This document shows, piece by piece, positions 41,045 through 51,516 of a DNA stretch of 64,000 nt. Made by a program: the position numbers and the translations under genes. Position 1 is the stretch's first letter; each line of letters starts with the position of its first letter. The DNA is taken from the NCBI GenBank assembly GCA_017397685.1, contig JAFQID010000019.1:9138-73137 (forward strand), written 5' to 3'. Under the pieces are notes generated by a model. That model worked only from the letters and a program-made list of their open reading frames with translations. It had not been told where the DNA came from and did not search any database. This DNA comes from Bacilli bacterium (lineage in GTDB: Bacteria; Bacillota_I; Bacilli_A; RF39; UBA660).

Positions 41045-41108
41045 CTAACCAACTCCTACTTTAAATAAATTATACCACGAGGTAAAAAAAAAGACTAGTA
41101 TTGCAGCC

Positions 41109-41447
41109 TTAATTTTTATAATAAATCATTTGACCAGGTAAAATATATATTGTTTCATTTTGTTTTATTATTTCTTCTACTTTATTATTAAATATATTTG
41201 AAATAGTATTTAAAGTGTCTCCTTCTTTGGTTATATAATAACTAACTTCTTTTTTTGGTATTAGTAATGTTTGCCCAGGATAAATATAATCATCTATTTC
41301 AAAACCATTCAACTCTGCTATTAATTTAGGATTCATATTAAAATCTTTAGCTATTTTATAAAGTGTATCTCCTTTTTTTATTTCATAATAAGTGTAAAAT
41401 GGACTTTCTAATTCTTTTTTATTTGAAAATTCATACATAATCATCAC
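41109..41447 (-). CDS. small protein with two LysM domains
   Basis: YEIKKGDTLYKIAKDFNMN... and YITKEGDTLNTISNIF... LysM units. Confidence 0.6.
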   Translation of the reverse strand: MMIMYEFSNKKELESPFYTYYEIKKGDTLYKIAKDFNMNPKLIAELNGFEIDDYIYPGQTLLIPKKEVSYYITKEGDTLNTISNIFNNKVEEIIKQNETIYILPGQMIYYKN

Positions 41448-41479
41448 CTAAGGTATTATATGTATATTTTATTTTTTTG

Positions 41480-42580
41480 CTATTCGTTATAAATATAAAT
41501 TGTTTTGTCTTTGTTAAAGTTAAGTTCAAAAAAGAATAATATTTTTTCGCTTCCTTTTAGTGGTGTGTATCTATATAAATAATTATTATTAATGTAATAC
41601 AATTCATTTTGATATTCATTTTGGATTAATACCTCATCGTTTGATATTTTGGTTTTAATATTTTTATTTTCATTTATTGTTTTGTATAATCCTTCTTTTG
41701 TTTCATATTTATAGTGGGAATCTTTTGTTTTTTCATATTTTATTTTATTTATTTTATATTCTATTTTACTGCATGGTACAAATTCTCCATCGCTGTATTT
41801 TGTATATCCTTTTTCGTTATTTGATTTAATGATTGTCTTTTGTTTTTTAATATCTATTTCATATAAGACATCATATTTATTATCAAATATATAAAGCTTA
41901 TTTTTTATATTACCAACTATGTATGAATCATAATCTATTTCATATTCTAGTTTTATAATGTTTTTGGTTTGCGCTTTTATATCTAATTCTATTAATTCAT
42001 TATATTCATGTTCTTGATTATAATTTGGCATATATATTTTATTTTCTATTTGATGAGATAAAGTATTATCATATTTGTCTTTTTCGAACAATTCGATGTT
42101 TGTATAGTCTTTTCCATTCATAATAATATAGCCTTTATAATTCCATAACGCTATGTATGTGTTTTGGTCCAAATTGTTATAGTAATCAAATGTTGAGTTT
42201 GTTTTATCAATGATTATACTTTCTTTTTTGTAATAGTTTAATTGCTCGTCATCTATCAAATGATAATCTGTTATCTCTCCTTCAAGTGTGCATAATGGAT
42301 AAGTTTCTAAATCATTTATGACTGGATATATACATTCAAAATCATTTCCATTTATTGTTTTTATTTGTTTTATTATTGGTTTTTTTATTGTTCTATTTTT
42401 ATATATGTCAAAGTTATATGTATATTTTCCTGAAAGTTCAAAATAATATCTTTGATTTTTATAAGTTGTTTTTATATTATATCCTGCCACTTTATAATTT
42501 ATTTCATAATTTGATAAACAATATTTTAATATTATTGCTGTTATTGATATTAGAATAAATATTATTAAAGTTTTTTTCAT
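41480..42580 (-). CDS. hypothetical secreted protein (Tyr/Asn-rich)
   Basis: N-terminal signal/TM; 366 aa. Confidence 0.4.
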   Translation of the reverse strand: MKKTLIIFILISITAIILKYCLSNYEINYKVAGYNIKTTYKNQRYYFELSGKYTYNFDIYKNRTIKKPIIKQIKTINGNDFECIYPVINDLETYPLCTLEGEITDYHLIDDEQLNYYKKESIIIDKTNSTFDYYNNLDQNTYIALWNYKGYIIMNGKDYTNIELFEKDKYDNTLSHQIENKIYMPNYNQEHEYNELIELDIKAQTKNIIKLEYEIDYDSYIVGNIKNKLYIFDNKYDVLYEIDIKKQKTIIKSNNEKGYTKYSDGEFVPCSKIEYKINKIKYEKTKDSHYKYETKEGLYKTINENKNIKTKISNDEVLIQNEYQNELYYINNNYLYRYTPLKGSEKILFFFELNFNKDKTIYIYNE

Positions 42581-42634
42581 ATTACCACCTAATGATATTA
42601 TACATTATAGTAAAGAAAAAAGCCAATCTTGGCT

Positions 42635-43132
42635 TTATTTTATTACTTTTAATGATTTTAAGAATGATGTAGTTTCATCTTTGTCCATATAACCTACTGT
42701 ATCGCCAATAAACTCTCCATTTTTAGTTATAAATGTGTATGGGCTTGATCCTGTGTAATTTTCTAGGTCATAGGTATGTTCTAGAGCATCAGCATCTTTT
42801 GATGAAGCTTCAGCTAGTGTATCAAAATCAAAATAATATAATGCTATGTTTTCATCATCAGTAATTTCTTCTATTACTGGTTTGTATTGCTTACAATATC
42901 CACAATAAGAAAGTCCGATTACTGTTACAACATATTCATCTTTTTTTGTCGTTTCATACCATTCTTTAACTTCTTCACTTAGAGCAACTGGATCTATATT
43001 TCCACTTGTTTCATTACTATTTTCTCCTTGTTCTCCTGTTTTAATTAACATTGAGAAAATAATTAATAAACCTACTATTGATAGAATAATTATTGTCCCT
43101 AGATTTTTTTTATTTTTCATATTAACCTCCAT
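42635..43132 (-). CDS. membrane-anchored thioredoxin-fold protein (CGYC active site)
   Basis: N-terminal TM; IGLSYCGYCKQYKPVIEEI redox motif. Confidence 0.6.
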   Translation of the reverse strand: MEVNMKNKKNLGTIIILSIVGLLIIFSMLIKTGEQGENSNETSGNIDPVALSEEVKEWYETTKKDEYVVTVIGLSYCGYCKQYKPVIEEITDDENIALYYFDFDTLAEASSKDADALEHTYDLENYTGSSPYTFITKNGEFIGDTVGYMDKDETTSFLKSLKVIK

Positions 43133-43188
43133 TTCTAATATTTATTTTAAAATATTTATTTATAAATTACAAGAAAAAAGGGATAAGT

Positions 43189-44592
43189 TTATTTACAAAC
43201 TATTTCTCCCTCTTTAATTCTTGTTTTATTTGTTTTAGTCCATCCAGATAATGAAGTTTTTTCACTCCATTTGTATGAGTATGTAGTATATTTTGTTTTT
43301 TTAGATTTAGCCTTTACTTTAGTTGTTTCATATTTTTCACATACTTTTCCATTAAGTTTGTATCCTGATGGGCACTGTAATTCTGTGAATGAGCCAGTTA
43401 TTGTTTTTCTACATTCACTTCCTACTAAAGTGTATGTTTTGTCTTCGCAAACATATTTACTAGTTCCTGGTGTTGTTTTGAAGCATTCTAATGTTCCTTT
43501 AGAGCCTGTAAATGTTGTTGCCTCATTTGGACACTTATATGTGTATCCGCCTGATACAGTCTCTGTATACCAACATTTTAAGTTTTCTTTGCTTCCTGAG
43601 CTTCCTGTTGCGTTAGATGGACATGAATATTCTTTTACATATGTTCCAGGCTTTTCACATGTTTTATGATTTGTTGATGTTTCATTATGACATGTTTCTA
43701 CTGGTACGCTTTCTGTACATGTATTACAAGTTGTAATAGTTTTACCTGATGATCCAACTGTAGATGTACAATTACATTTATATTCTCTTGTATCAATTGT
43801 TGTTGTACATACTCTTTCTGTGCTTGTTGTTGAACAATCATATTTTTCGCCAGGTATGTATACTTCTTCTACTACTGGATTTAAATATACTTTATTTGTT
43901 TTATCATCATTTTTTGTTTTAATTACATCTAATTTTGTTTTAACAGGATCTGATGTTATAAGTTTTGCTGCGATTACGTCTGTTTTTGAAGTAACAATTG
44001 TTTTTTCAGCACTTATTTTATCTGTCAATGTTGTTTTGTAACAATATTTTCCTTTTCTTGTGTATCCTTTACTACATGAATAAGTAGTTTTTGTTTTTGT
44101 TGCAGCTTTTTTATATTGATATTCTACTATTTTTTCTGGTTCACATGTTTTTTCACATTTATCATCTTCACAGTAAGTATAACATCCAATTATTTCTATT
44201 AAATAGTCTGATTCATCATTACATACAAGATTTGTTTTTAGTTCATAATAATCTTCTCTTTTTGTTACACTTACATATGATTCATATTGATTACATGAAT
44301 TACCATTTTTATCAACGAATGGTAAAACAAGTTTTTTTTCAAACATTTCTGCTAGTGTTATTTTTGCTTCTTCACCTTCCTCATCTGGAAGTAATTTGTC
44401 AGTAAAATAGCTTTTTCCTGCTTTTTGCATGTGTTCTAGATTGTCTCTAAATACATCACTATAAAATGGTGTTAAGTTTGGCATTTTGTTTGAAAATAAC
44501 CAATAAAGTACGAATACAAATAATAGAAAAAATATTATTCTAACTATTAAATCTATTATACTAAATCTCGATCCTCTTTCATTACTATACAT
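43189..44592 (-). CDS. membrane-anchored Cys-rich repeat protein (Thr/Lys-rich, ~50 Cys)
   Basis: N-terminal TM, then repeated modules of the type Y.C(P)...TG..G.L.C and C..C...C. Confidence 0.45.
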   Translation of the reverse strand: MYSNERGSRFSIIDLIVRIIFFLLFVFVLYWLFSNKMPNLTPFYSDVFRDNLEHMQKAGKSYFTDKLLPDEEGEEAKITLAEMFEKKLVLPFVDKNGNSCNQYESYVSVTKREDYYELKTNLVCNDESDYLIEIIGCYTYCEDDKCEKTCEPEKIVEYQYKKAATKTKTTYSCSKGYTRKGKYCYKTTLTDKISAEKTIVTSKTDVIAAKLITSDPVKTKLDVIKTKNDDKTNKVYLNPVVEEVYIPGEKYDCSTTSTERVCTTTIDTREYKCNCTSTVGSSGKTITTCNTCTESVPVETCHNETSTNHKTCEKPGTYVKEYSCPSNATGSSGSKENLKCWYTETVSGGYTYKCPNEATTFTGSKGTLECFKTTPGTSKYVCEDKTYTLVGSECRKTITGSFTELQCPSGYKLNGKVCEKYETTKVKAKSKKTKYTTYSYKWSEKTSLSGWTKTNKTRIKEGEIVCK

Positions 44593-44609
44593 AATTTATT
44601 CCCCCATCG

Positions 44610-46004
44610 TTATTTTAATTTAGGTGCGTAACCAATTTGTTGCTCAAATATATCATCATAATACATTTTTGAAAATTGAAATAAATGTTCTGGTAATGAT
44701 AAATTGTTTTCAACATATTCATCAATTGTTCCCGCTCTTACAGCTACGGCATCTATTATTTTTTCATCAATTCTATTAACAATAATTGATAATGCTTCTT
44801 CTTCTGTTTTCCCTGTATTATAATCTATACAATAAGGTATACATATATTTAGTTTTCTCGCTTGGGAATATTCTAAGATTGTAGAAGCATAAGTTGATTT
44901 CATAGCATGATATACTTGAAATCCTTCTGCATTACCTAATTTCCAAATACTTGGATATTCCGGAGTGGATTCCATTCTTTCACAGATATTATAGAATAAT
45001 ATTCCCCATTCTTTAGCAGCTTCAATGAAAGCATTGACATCATCTTTCCTTATAGCTTCTACTACTTTTTGCATTTTTTCATCACTCATTTGTACAGCTT
45101 TTTGAGCTTTAGAACCATCTATAAATAATGGTGCTTTTGGTGTAAACATTATGTTATTATTATATTTTGAGAAAGAGTCAAAATTAGCTATTGAATGTAA
45201 GTTTTTTGCTGTATCTATAATTTGAGTTGAATTATATGTTATATTGCCACTATCATCTTGTTTAAATTGTCCACTAATCATTCGTATATCATTGGCTATA
45301 ACTTCTACAGGTAGTTCGCTCGCTCTATACTCGGAATCTTCACCAACATTAATATATTTATCGAAATAATATTGTGCTCTTGCTAATACTTGCTCGTCAT
45401 TAGAAGCATCTAAAAATGTACCTGGTTCTCCAAGTTTTAGAGGTTTTTTTGATTTTTCTTTATTATCTTCTTCGTCGTCAATATTTTGTTCTTGTCTTGT
45501 TTGAAAATAACTTTGAATAGCTGGCGCTGTTACATGACCTAAAGCAAATGCTGCTGCTAAAGCGGCTATCATTGCTACTGCGCTTATTTTATTTGATTTT
45601 CTTTTTTTACTTTCATTTACCGTTTTGTTTGGTTCTTCAGCAGATCTTATAGCTTTTTGGTCCATAAAATATTTTTCACATAATTTCTTTTCGTAATTGT
45701 AGAAATCGTATATAGAATCACACATCATTTTTGTATTTCCTAATTTTTTTGTGCTTATAGCTAGGTTATACTTTTCTTCATAAGCTTTTATGTCTTCATT
45801 TACTGAGTTATAAGATTCAAAAGTAATTTTTAAAGCTTTTTTTACTTCTTCAAGTTCCTCTTCAGAAGCCCCTTCTTCTTTTAAAAGTAAGTATGTGCTT
45901 TTAAAATCTTGGTTGTTTTTATAAATTTCTCTTTTAATTTTCTTTAATTCCTTTAAAATTGTTTCACTCATTTTAAAATCTGATTTTGTTTCATTTACGT
46001 TCAT
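44610..46004 (-). CDS. hypothetical bitopic protein (N-terminal coiled-coil cytoplasmic region, central TM, large C-terminal domain)
   Basis: 464 aa; TM at AVAMIAALAAAFALG. Confidence 0.4.
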   Translation of the reverse strand: MNVNETKSDFKMSETILKELKKIKREIYKNNQDFKSTYLLLKEEGASEEELEEVKKALKITFESYNSVNEDIKAYEEKYNLAISTKKLGNTKMMCDSIYDFYNYEKKLCEKYFMDQKAIRSAEEPNKTVNESKKRKSNKISAVAMIAALAAAFALGHVTAPAIQSYFQTRQEQNIDDEEDNKEKSKKPLKLGEPGTFLDASNDEQVLARAQYYFDKYINVGEDSEYRASELPVEVIANDIRMISGQFKQDDSGNITYNSTQIIDTAKNLHSIANFDSFSKYNNNIMFTPKAPLFIDGSKAQKAVQMSDEKMQKVVEAIRKDDVNAFIEAAKEWGILFYNICERMESTPEYPSIWKLGNAEGFQVYHAMKSTYASTILEYSQARKLNICIPYCIDYNTGKTEEEALSIIVNRIDEKIIDAVAVRAGTIDEYVENNLSLPEHLFQFSKMYYDDIFEQQIGYAPKLK

Positions 46005-46125
46005 AAATATATACCCCCTTTGTAAATGTGCTTATATTATACTATTTTTTTGTCATTTTGTCAACTTTTTTCGTTTTTTGTTGGCTAAAGTATATTAGTG
46101 TACTTTTTGCGAATAATATTAATAG

Positions 46126-46632
46126 GTGATTTTTTTGAAATTTTTATATAATTTTATTGTTTATTCTATATTAGGTTTTTTATTTGAAACTGGTCTTTTT
46201 GCTGTTTTGGGCAAGGATTTTAATAGTGGATTTACTTTTGGACCTTATACTATTGTTTATGGTATATCTCTCGCTATTATGTTTGTTATTTTTAAGTTTG
46301 TTTTTAAACACATTCAAAATAAGTATACTAAATATATTGTTAGTTTTGCTCTTTCGTTTATTGTTATTTCACTCTTAGAGTTTTCTGGTGGTATGTTTAT
46401 TGAGAAAATATTTGGTATTGTATACTGGGATTACTCTGAATATCCGCTTACCTTTTATAAGTATGTAAATGTTTTCGTTTCTCTTTTTTGGTCTATAGCA
46501 TCTATTTTAATATTTAAGTTTGTTTTTCCTTTGACTAATAAGATTTTTAAATATATTAAAGAATGGATGATTATAACTATGACTGCTTTGATTTTGGTAG
46601 ATATATTTTTTTCAGTAATAAGTAAGCTTTAG
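46126..46632 (+). CDS. hypothetical membrane protein
   Basis: 168 aa with 4-5 TM segments. Confidence 0.35.
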   Translation: MIFLKFLYNFIVYSILGFLFETGLFAVLGKDFNSGFTFGPYTIVYGISLAIMFVIFKFVFKHIQNKYTKYIVSFALSFIVISLLEFSGGMFIEKIFGIVYWDYSEYPLTFYKYVNVFVSLFWSIASILIFKFVFPLTNKIFKYIKEWMIITMTALILVDIFFSVISKL

Positions 46633-47011
46633 TTTCGATTATTAGGAATATTAATAATAGTGAATAAATTATTGGTTTTAATACATTTTTTGTTATAAAT
46701 ATTTTTTCTAAGTATAGTTTTGATGAATCCATGTAATTCATATTTTGTAAAATTATGTTTTGCAAGAAATATGATGAAAATATTCCTATTATTAGTATTA
46801 AAATTATTTTACTTATTCTAGCTTTTGAATAATTTCTTTTATAATTATATGTTACTGGTAATAATAAAAACACTATTAATAATGATGTTAATAAATAATA
46901 TACTCCATAAATATTAGAATTTATATTTAAGTATTTTATTAACTCTATAATAAAAATAATTATGTATGAAATTGTGATTATATTTAATAATGTTTTTTTT
47001 GTTTTGTACAT
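46577..47011 (-). CDS. hypothetical membrane protein
   Basis: 144 aa with 4 TM segments. Confidence 0.3.
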   Translation of the reverse strand: MYKTKKTLLNIITISYIIIFIIELIKYLNINSNIYGVYYLLTSLLIVFLLLPVTYNYKRNYSKARISKIILILIIGIFSSYFLQNIILQNMNYMDSSKLYLEKIFITKNVLKPIIYSLLLIFLIIETKAYLLLKKIYLPKSKQS

Positions 47012-47164
47012 ATTTACCTCTCTTTAAGTAAATTATATCACGTATAATGTTGAACATGAAGATTTTAAAGCTAAAATTTTTATTTCTTTATGTTTTTATT
47101 GTGATATAAAATAAAAATGAAGAAAAATATCTCTTTATCTTCATTTTTATATTATTTTAATAAA

Positions 47165-47740
47165 TTATTCTCTTAAATCACAATTGCCACCAATTGACTC
47201 TACATATGATTTAACATCTTCTATTAAGTTTCCCATATCATTGTATTTAGTAATGTCTATATTAAGCACTTTTTCTACTTCTTTATCATTCGTGTAAAAA
47301 TTTTCAATAATATTCGGTGTTTCGCCCTTGCTAGTAGCTTCATATTTATATTCAGTACCATTTCTAACGCACCTTATTCCTACACTTTGCGATACAGGTC
47401 TTGCAGTAAAATATTCAGTAAAATATAAGTATCCAACCAAGACTATCATAACTGTTATAACTACAATACATAATATTTTTAATATATCAAAAATTTTTCT
47501 AACCACTTTAGTTGAATCCACTTTTTTTATAATTGCATTTTTTATTTCATTATTAGTCAAATCATCTAAACTTACGTTAAATATTTTTGATAATTTTTTT
47601 GATTGTTCTAAATCCGGTGAAGTTTCACCTAATTCCCATTTACTTATAGTCTGTCTAGTTACATTCATTTTTTCTGCGAGTTGTTCTTGACTTAAATTAT
47701 TAAGTTTGCGTAATTCAAGAATCTTATTACCTATTATCAT
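47165..47740 (-). CDS. XRE-family HTH regulator with C-terminal TM and extracellular tail
   Basis: LSQEQLAEKMNVTRQTISKWELGETSPDL HTH_3 motif. Confidence 0.7.
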   Translation of the reverse strand: MIIGNKILELRKLNNLSQEQLAEKMNVTRQTISKWELGETSPDLEQSKKLSKIFNVSLDDLTNNEIKNAIIKKVDSTKVVRKIFDILKILCIVVITVMIVLVGYLYFTEYFTARPVSQSVGIRCVRNGTEYKYEATSKGETPNIIENFYTNDKEVEKVLNIDITKYNDMGNLIEDVKSYVESIGGNCDLRE

Positions 47741-47899
47741 TATTTATCCTCCTTTCATTTTCATAATAGCATGATAAAAATGAAAAACAACAAACGAATC
47801 GTAGAGTTAATAATTTTAATTAAAAATTAGGAGTTTTATGAATAGGTTTATATATATTTCTATAATAAGTTTTTTAAAATTAGTCCTTGTTTTGTTTTT

Positions 47900-48628
47900 T
47901 TAATATTTTAATTGTTTTGGTTTTAAAATTAGTTTTTTAGGTTCTTCAATTATTTGTAATTTAGCTTTTTGGCTATCAAAGTTATCTTCTATTATTAATT
48001 CTTTTTCTTCGTAGTTATCTATAGATTTACAAAGATAATTATTTAAATAATCACCATCAAAATTTAAATTAAATAAATTGTAGATTTCACTAAGCGAAAT
48101 AATTTTATCTTTTTTTATGATAACAAAAACATCTTCACTAGGATTATAATAAATGTATGGATAACCGCTTTCTATCATTAATTCAATTCCTGGCGCTGCA
48201 ATAAATAGAGAATTATTTTTATCTTCATTGCTAGGTATTGTAATATTTTTGTTAATTATTATATTTTGTCCAAAATCGCTTTGAATTATATCATCTATTC
48301 TTTTTCTTAATTCTTTTAAATTACTAATATAGCACGTGTCTTTGCTTCCTATAGAATAAGATGGTAATATATCTTTTGTAACATCAAAATTATAAGTATC
48401 ACTACCGAAAATATAGAGACCTAAATGCTTTTTTATTTGATTTAAAATTGTTTGTTTTTCTATTAAAGATAAACTTATTTTTCCAGGTTCTATCAAATTA
48501 AAGCTTGCATCAACAATTTTTCCAGTAATAGTAGTATGCTTTTTCATTTCATTTAATTGATTTTCAACCTCTAAATATTCTTTTCTTAACGCAAATACTA
48601 TTTGCTCAAATGTATACATTCTTTTCAT
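47900..48628 (-). CDS. hypothetical protein
   Basis: 242-aa ORF; no motif recognised. Confidence 0.35.
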   Translation of the reverse strand: MKRMYTFEQIVFALRKEYLEVENQLNEMKKHTTITGKIVDASFNLIEPGKISLSLIEKQTILNQIKKHLGLYIFGSDTYNFDVTKDILPSYSIGSKDTCYISNLKELRKRIDDIIQSDFGQNIIINKNITIPSNEDKNNSLFIAAPGIELMIESGYPYIYYNPSEDVFVIIKKDKIISLSEIYNLFNLNFDGDYLNNYLCKSIDNYEEKELIIEDNFDSQKAKLQIIEEPKKLILKPKQLKY

Positions 48629-48702
48629 AAAGTAACCTCTCTTTAAGTAAATTATATCATGTATTTATTTTTTTTTAAAATATTTTGTGTTATTATTTAT
48701 TT

Positions 48703-50424
48703 ATGAATAAAAGGAAAAGATTTTTAGATTATGTTAGTTTAGGCGATTTTTCTTTCGATTCTTTTAACGTGTTTTTAAATAATAACAATATAAAACTAGC
48801 AGAAACTCTTACGTTTGCAACTAACGATTTGAAATTTTATAGTGCTAATGCTTTAAAAATTGTTGATAACAAAGAAGTTATTCACAATCTTTTTTGTTTT
48901 TTGCTTTTCTTTTTTACTTATTATAGTGTTTTTAATGTTGATAAATATAAAAATACATTTAATCAGATTAAAGATAATGTTAATAAGTACCTTGAAAATG
49001 TTGATAATGACATTGTTTTAGAAAAGGATGCTAGAATACTTGATGTTATAGTTTATCATAGAAGTATTTCTACTAATGAGATTATTGAATATATTAAATG
49101 TTTAATAGATAAAAATGAAAGTTATTTTAATATAAAAGAAGTTCTTTTATTAAATCCAATGTGTATATATTCAAATGATGATTCTTTATTTGATTATGTA
49201 TTTAATAAGATGATTTTAGATAAAGAGCTAAGTATTTATTATGTTTCTTTGCTTAAACTTTTTTATAACCCATTTATTGATGAAGATAAAAAAGAATATT
49301 ATGTAGCTAAGTTAGATGTTTTGCCAAATATTATAAAAAAAGAAGTTTGTAATCTTTTTAATGATAATTCTAATGTACTTAGTGATGATGAGTTAAAAGA
49401 AAAATATAATATGGTTAGTAAAAATATGTTTTTTAATATTCCTAAGGAGGTTTATTATAATGATGATATTGGTTATGTTTTTACAATAGATACGTATGGA
49501 ACTAAATATAGAGATGATGCGATTAGCGTTAAGTTTGTTGGAAGTGATATGTTAGTTGGAGTTCATATTAGTGATATTGCTGGTTTTATGGAACCTGGTA
49601 GTGTTAACGATTTGATTTGTTTAAATAATTTTAAAAAGGTATATCTAGGTAATGGTTTTTCTACTTTATTTGATGATAATTCATCATCTAAGTTTTCTTT
49701 AAATAAAAACACTAATAAAAAGGTAGTTTCTTTGTTTATGATTTTTGATAAACATTTTCAACTTAAGGATTATAAATTAGTGAGTGATGTAGTTAAAATT
49801 AATGAAAATTTAAGTTTTCAAAAAGCAGATAATATTTTAAAAGATGGAAATAATGATAATAATTATTTATATAATAGTTTATATAGGTTATTTATTTTAT
49901 CTAATGTACTGAAAAATGAAAATAAAAATAAGAGTAATTATTGGAATCATAAGTATCAATATAATAACGAAAGTTATGATAGTAAAATTATTATAGATGA
50001 GTTATCTGTTTTATATAATTATTTGGTTGCGAAAATATTTACAAGTTGTGATTATCCTTTTGTATATAGATGTCAGGATGAGCCATATTATAGTGATTTA
50101 TTGGGTAAAATTAATAGCAATTATGATTTTCCTATTCTTAATAATATGTTTTGTTTTTCTAGGTATTCTATTTTTCCTGAATATCACCATGGTCTTGATA
50201 AAGAATGTTATTGTCATGCGACTTCTCCACTTAGAAGATATCCTGATTTATTTGATCAATATTTAATGCATATGTATTTGTTTAATGATAAAAAAATTAT
50301 TGTTGATGATGATTTAATTAAAGATTTAGTTGATTATTTTAACATTAGAAATGAAGAAATAAGGCTTTTTAAGGCTGAACATTCTAATGGATTAGTTTAT
50401 AAAAAGGGTCATACTCCTCATTAA
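48703..50424 (+). CDS. RNB-domain (RNase II/R-like) protein, apparently degenerate
   Basis: GTKYRDDAISV...GVHISDI resembles the RNB catalytic block but without the full Asp cluster; no cold-shock/S1 domains evident. Confidence 0.45.
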   Translation: MNKRKRFLDYVSLGDFSFDSFNVFLNNNNIKLAETLTFATNDLKFYSANALKIVDNKEVIHNLFCFLLFFFTYYSVFNVDKYKNTFNQIKDNVNKYLENVDNDIVLEKDARILDVIVYHRSISTNEIIEYIKCLIDKNESYFNIKEVLLLNPMCIYSNDDSLFDYVFNKMILDKELSIYYVSLLKLFYNPFIDEDKKEYYVAKLDVLPNIIKKEVCNLFNDNSNVLSDDELKEKYNMVSKNMFFNIPKEVYYNDDIGYVFTIDTYGTKYRDDAISVKFVGSDMLVGVHISDIAGFMEPGSVNDLICLNNFKKVYLGNGFSTLFDDNSSSKFSLNKNTNKKVVSLFMIFDKHFQLKDYKLVSDVVKINENLSFQKADNILKDGNNDNNYLYNSLYRLFILSNVLKNENKNKSNYWNHKYQYNNESYDSKIIIDELSVLYNYLVAKIFTSCDYPFVYRCQDEPYYSDLLGKINSNYDFPILNNMFCFSRYSIFPEYHHGLDKECYCHATSPLRRYPDLFDQYLMHMYLFNDKKIIVDDDLIKDLVDYFNIRNEEIRLFKAEHSNGLVYKKGHTPH

Positions 50425-50690
50425 ATAAAGTTATATGGTTTAAATTATGAGGATTAATTATTTTAACATTAATTTTTAATAACTAAAAGAAATAAATTAT
50501 TAGTTATTAAAAACTCTTAAACTCATTATTTACAATAAAAAATTGCAGGGTTTAATAAACTTTTTTTCTTTTCAAAAGTAATTATCTAAGTAATATAAAA
50601 ATATGAAATATTTGACAATTTCTTTTTTTATGTTAAAATATAGTGCAATCAAGAGCAAGTTTATTTATTGCTTTATGATAAGGGGGATTT

Positions 50691-51470
50691 ATGAATAATT
50701 TAGAACAAATCAAAAATTACAGAAACAAGTTGTTAAAATATAGAGCATTATCTTGTGCTTTAGTTTTATCAGCGGCTTTACCATGTTCTGGTTGTAAGGA
50801 AAGGGATAAAATTGAGTTTCCGGATATTTCTAACTATTCAACCATTGCTGCAACACTAGAAAGTATTAATACTACTACTACAATGGATGAAATATTTGCA
50901 GTGGATTGTTTTGTAGATAATAGAAATGATAATAGTTACGCTTTCGATGAATTACTTAATTTGTATGAAGATGCAAGAAAAGAAGAAAATTTGATAAAAT
51001 GTAATAACATTTTATATAAAATAGGTAAAATGATTATGAAAGCTCAACTATCTGAAACGCTTAACATTGATGTAGAAAGAATAACTAATCTTGATATTGA
51101 TTTAGTGAAAAATAACAATAGTGACTCAAATATGTTAGATAAAATAGTTACTATTTCATATAAAGCTAATGATAAAGAAACGATTTCTGGTGGAATTGAA
51201 TTAAATAAAGAAGAAGAAATTACAAATACTTATCTTTTAGAAAATGAGTTAGCCGATTTAGCTATAAACACTTGGAACGCTTATAATTGTTTTTTGAATT
51301 TTGATGCTGTAGATGCTGTGTATAAATCATATATAGAACACCTTCTTACTAGTGCAACAATTTCAAAACCTTATATGTTTGATTCTCGCGAAGTTATTTC
51401 AGCAGATATAGATCCAGAAAAAGTAACAATGTTTAATGCAAATGGAAAAGGCAGAGTTTTAAGAAATTAA
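50691..51470 (+). CDS. putative lipoprotein
   Basis: Signal peptide with lipobox-like LPCSGC. Confidence 0.4.
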   Translation: MNNLEQIKNYRNKLLKYRALSCALVLSAALPCSGCKERDKIEFPDISNYSTIAATLESINTTTTMDEIFAVDCFVDNRNDNSYAFDELLNLYEDARKEENLIKCNNILYKIGKMIMKAQLSETLNIDVERITNLDIDLVKNNNSDSNMLDKIVTISYKANDKETISGGIELNKEEEITNTYLLENELADLAINTWNAYNCFLNFDAVDAVYKSYIEHLLTSATISKPYMFDSREVISADIDPEKVTMFNANGKGRVLRN

Positions 51471-51516
51471 TAATAAAATTATTTGAGTGTTATTTACACT
51501 CTTTTTTTCTAATATT

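Noticed and set aside
50477-50510. 10-bp perfect inverted repeat (ttaataacta...tagttattaa) in the intergenic region upstream of the lipoprotein gene
   Set aside because: Plausibly just the terminator of the upstream RNB gene or an operator; AT-only stems are frequent by chance at this base composition.
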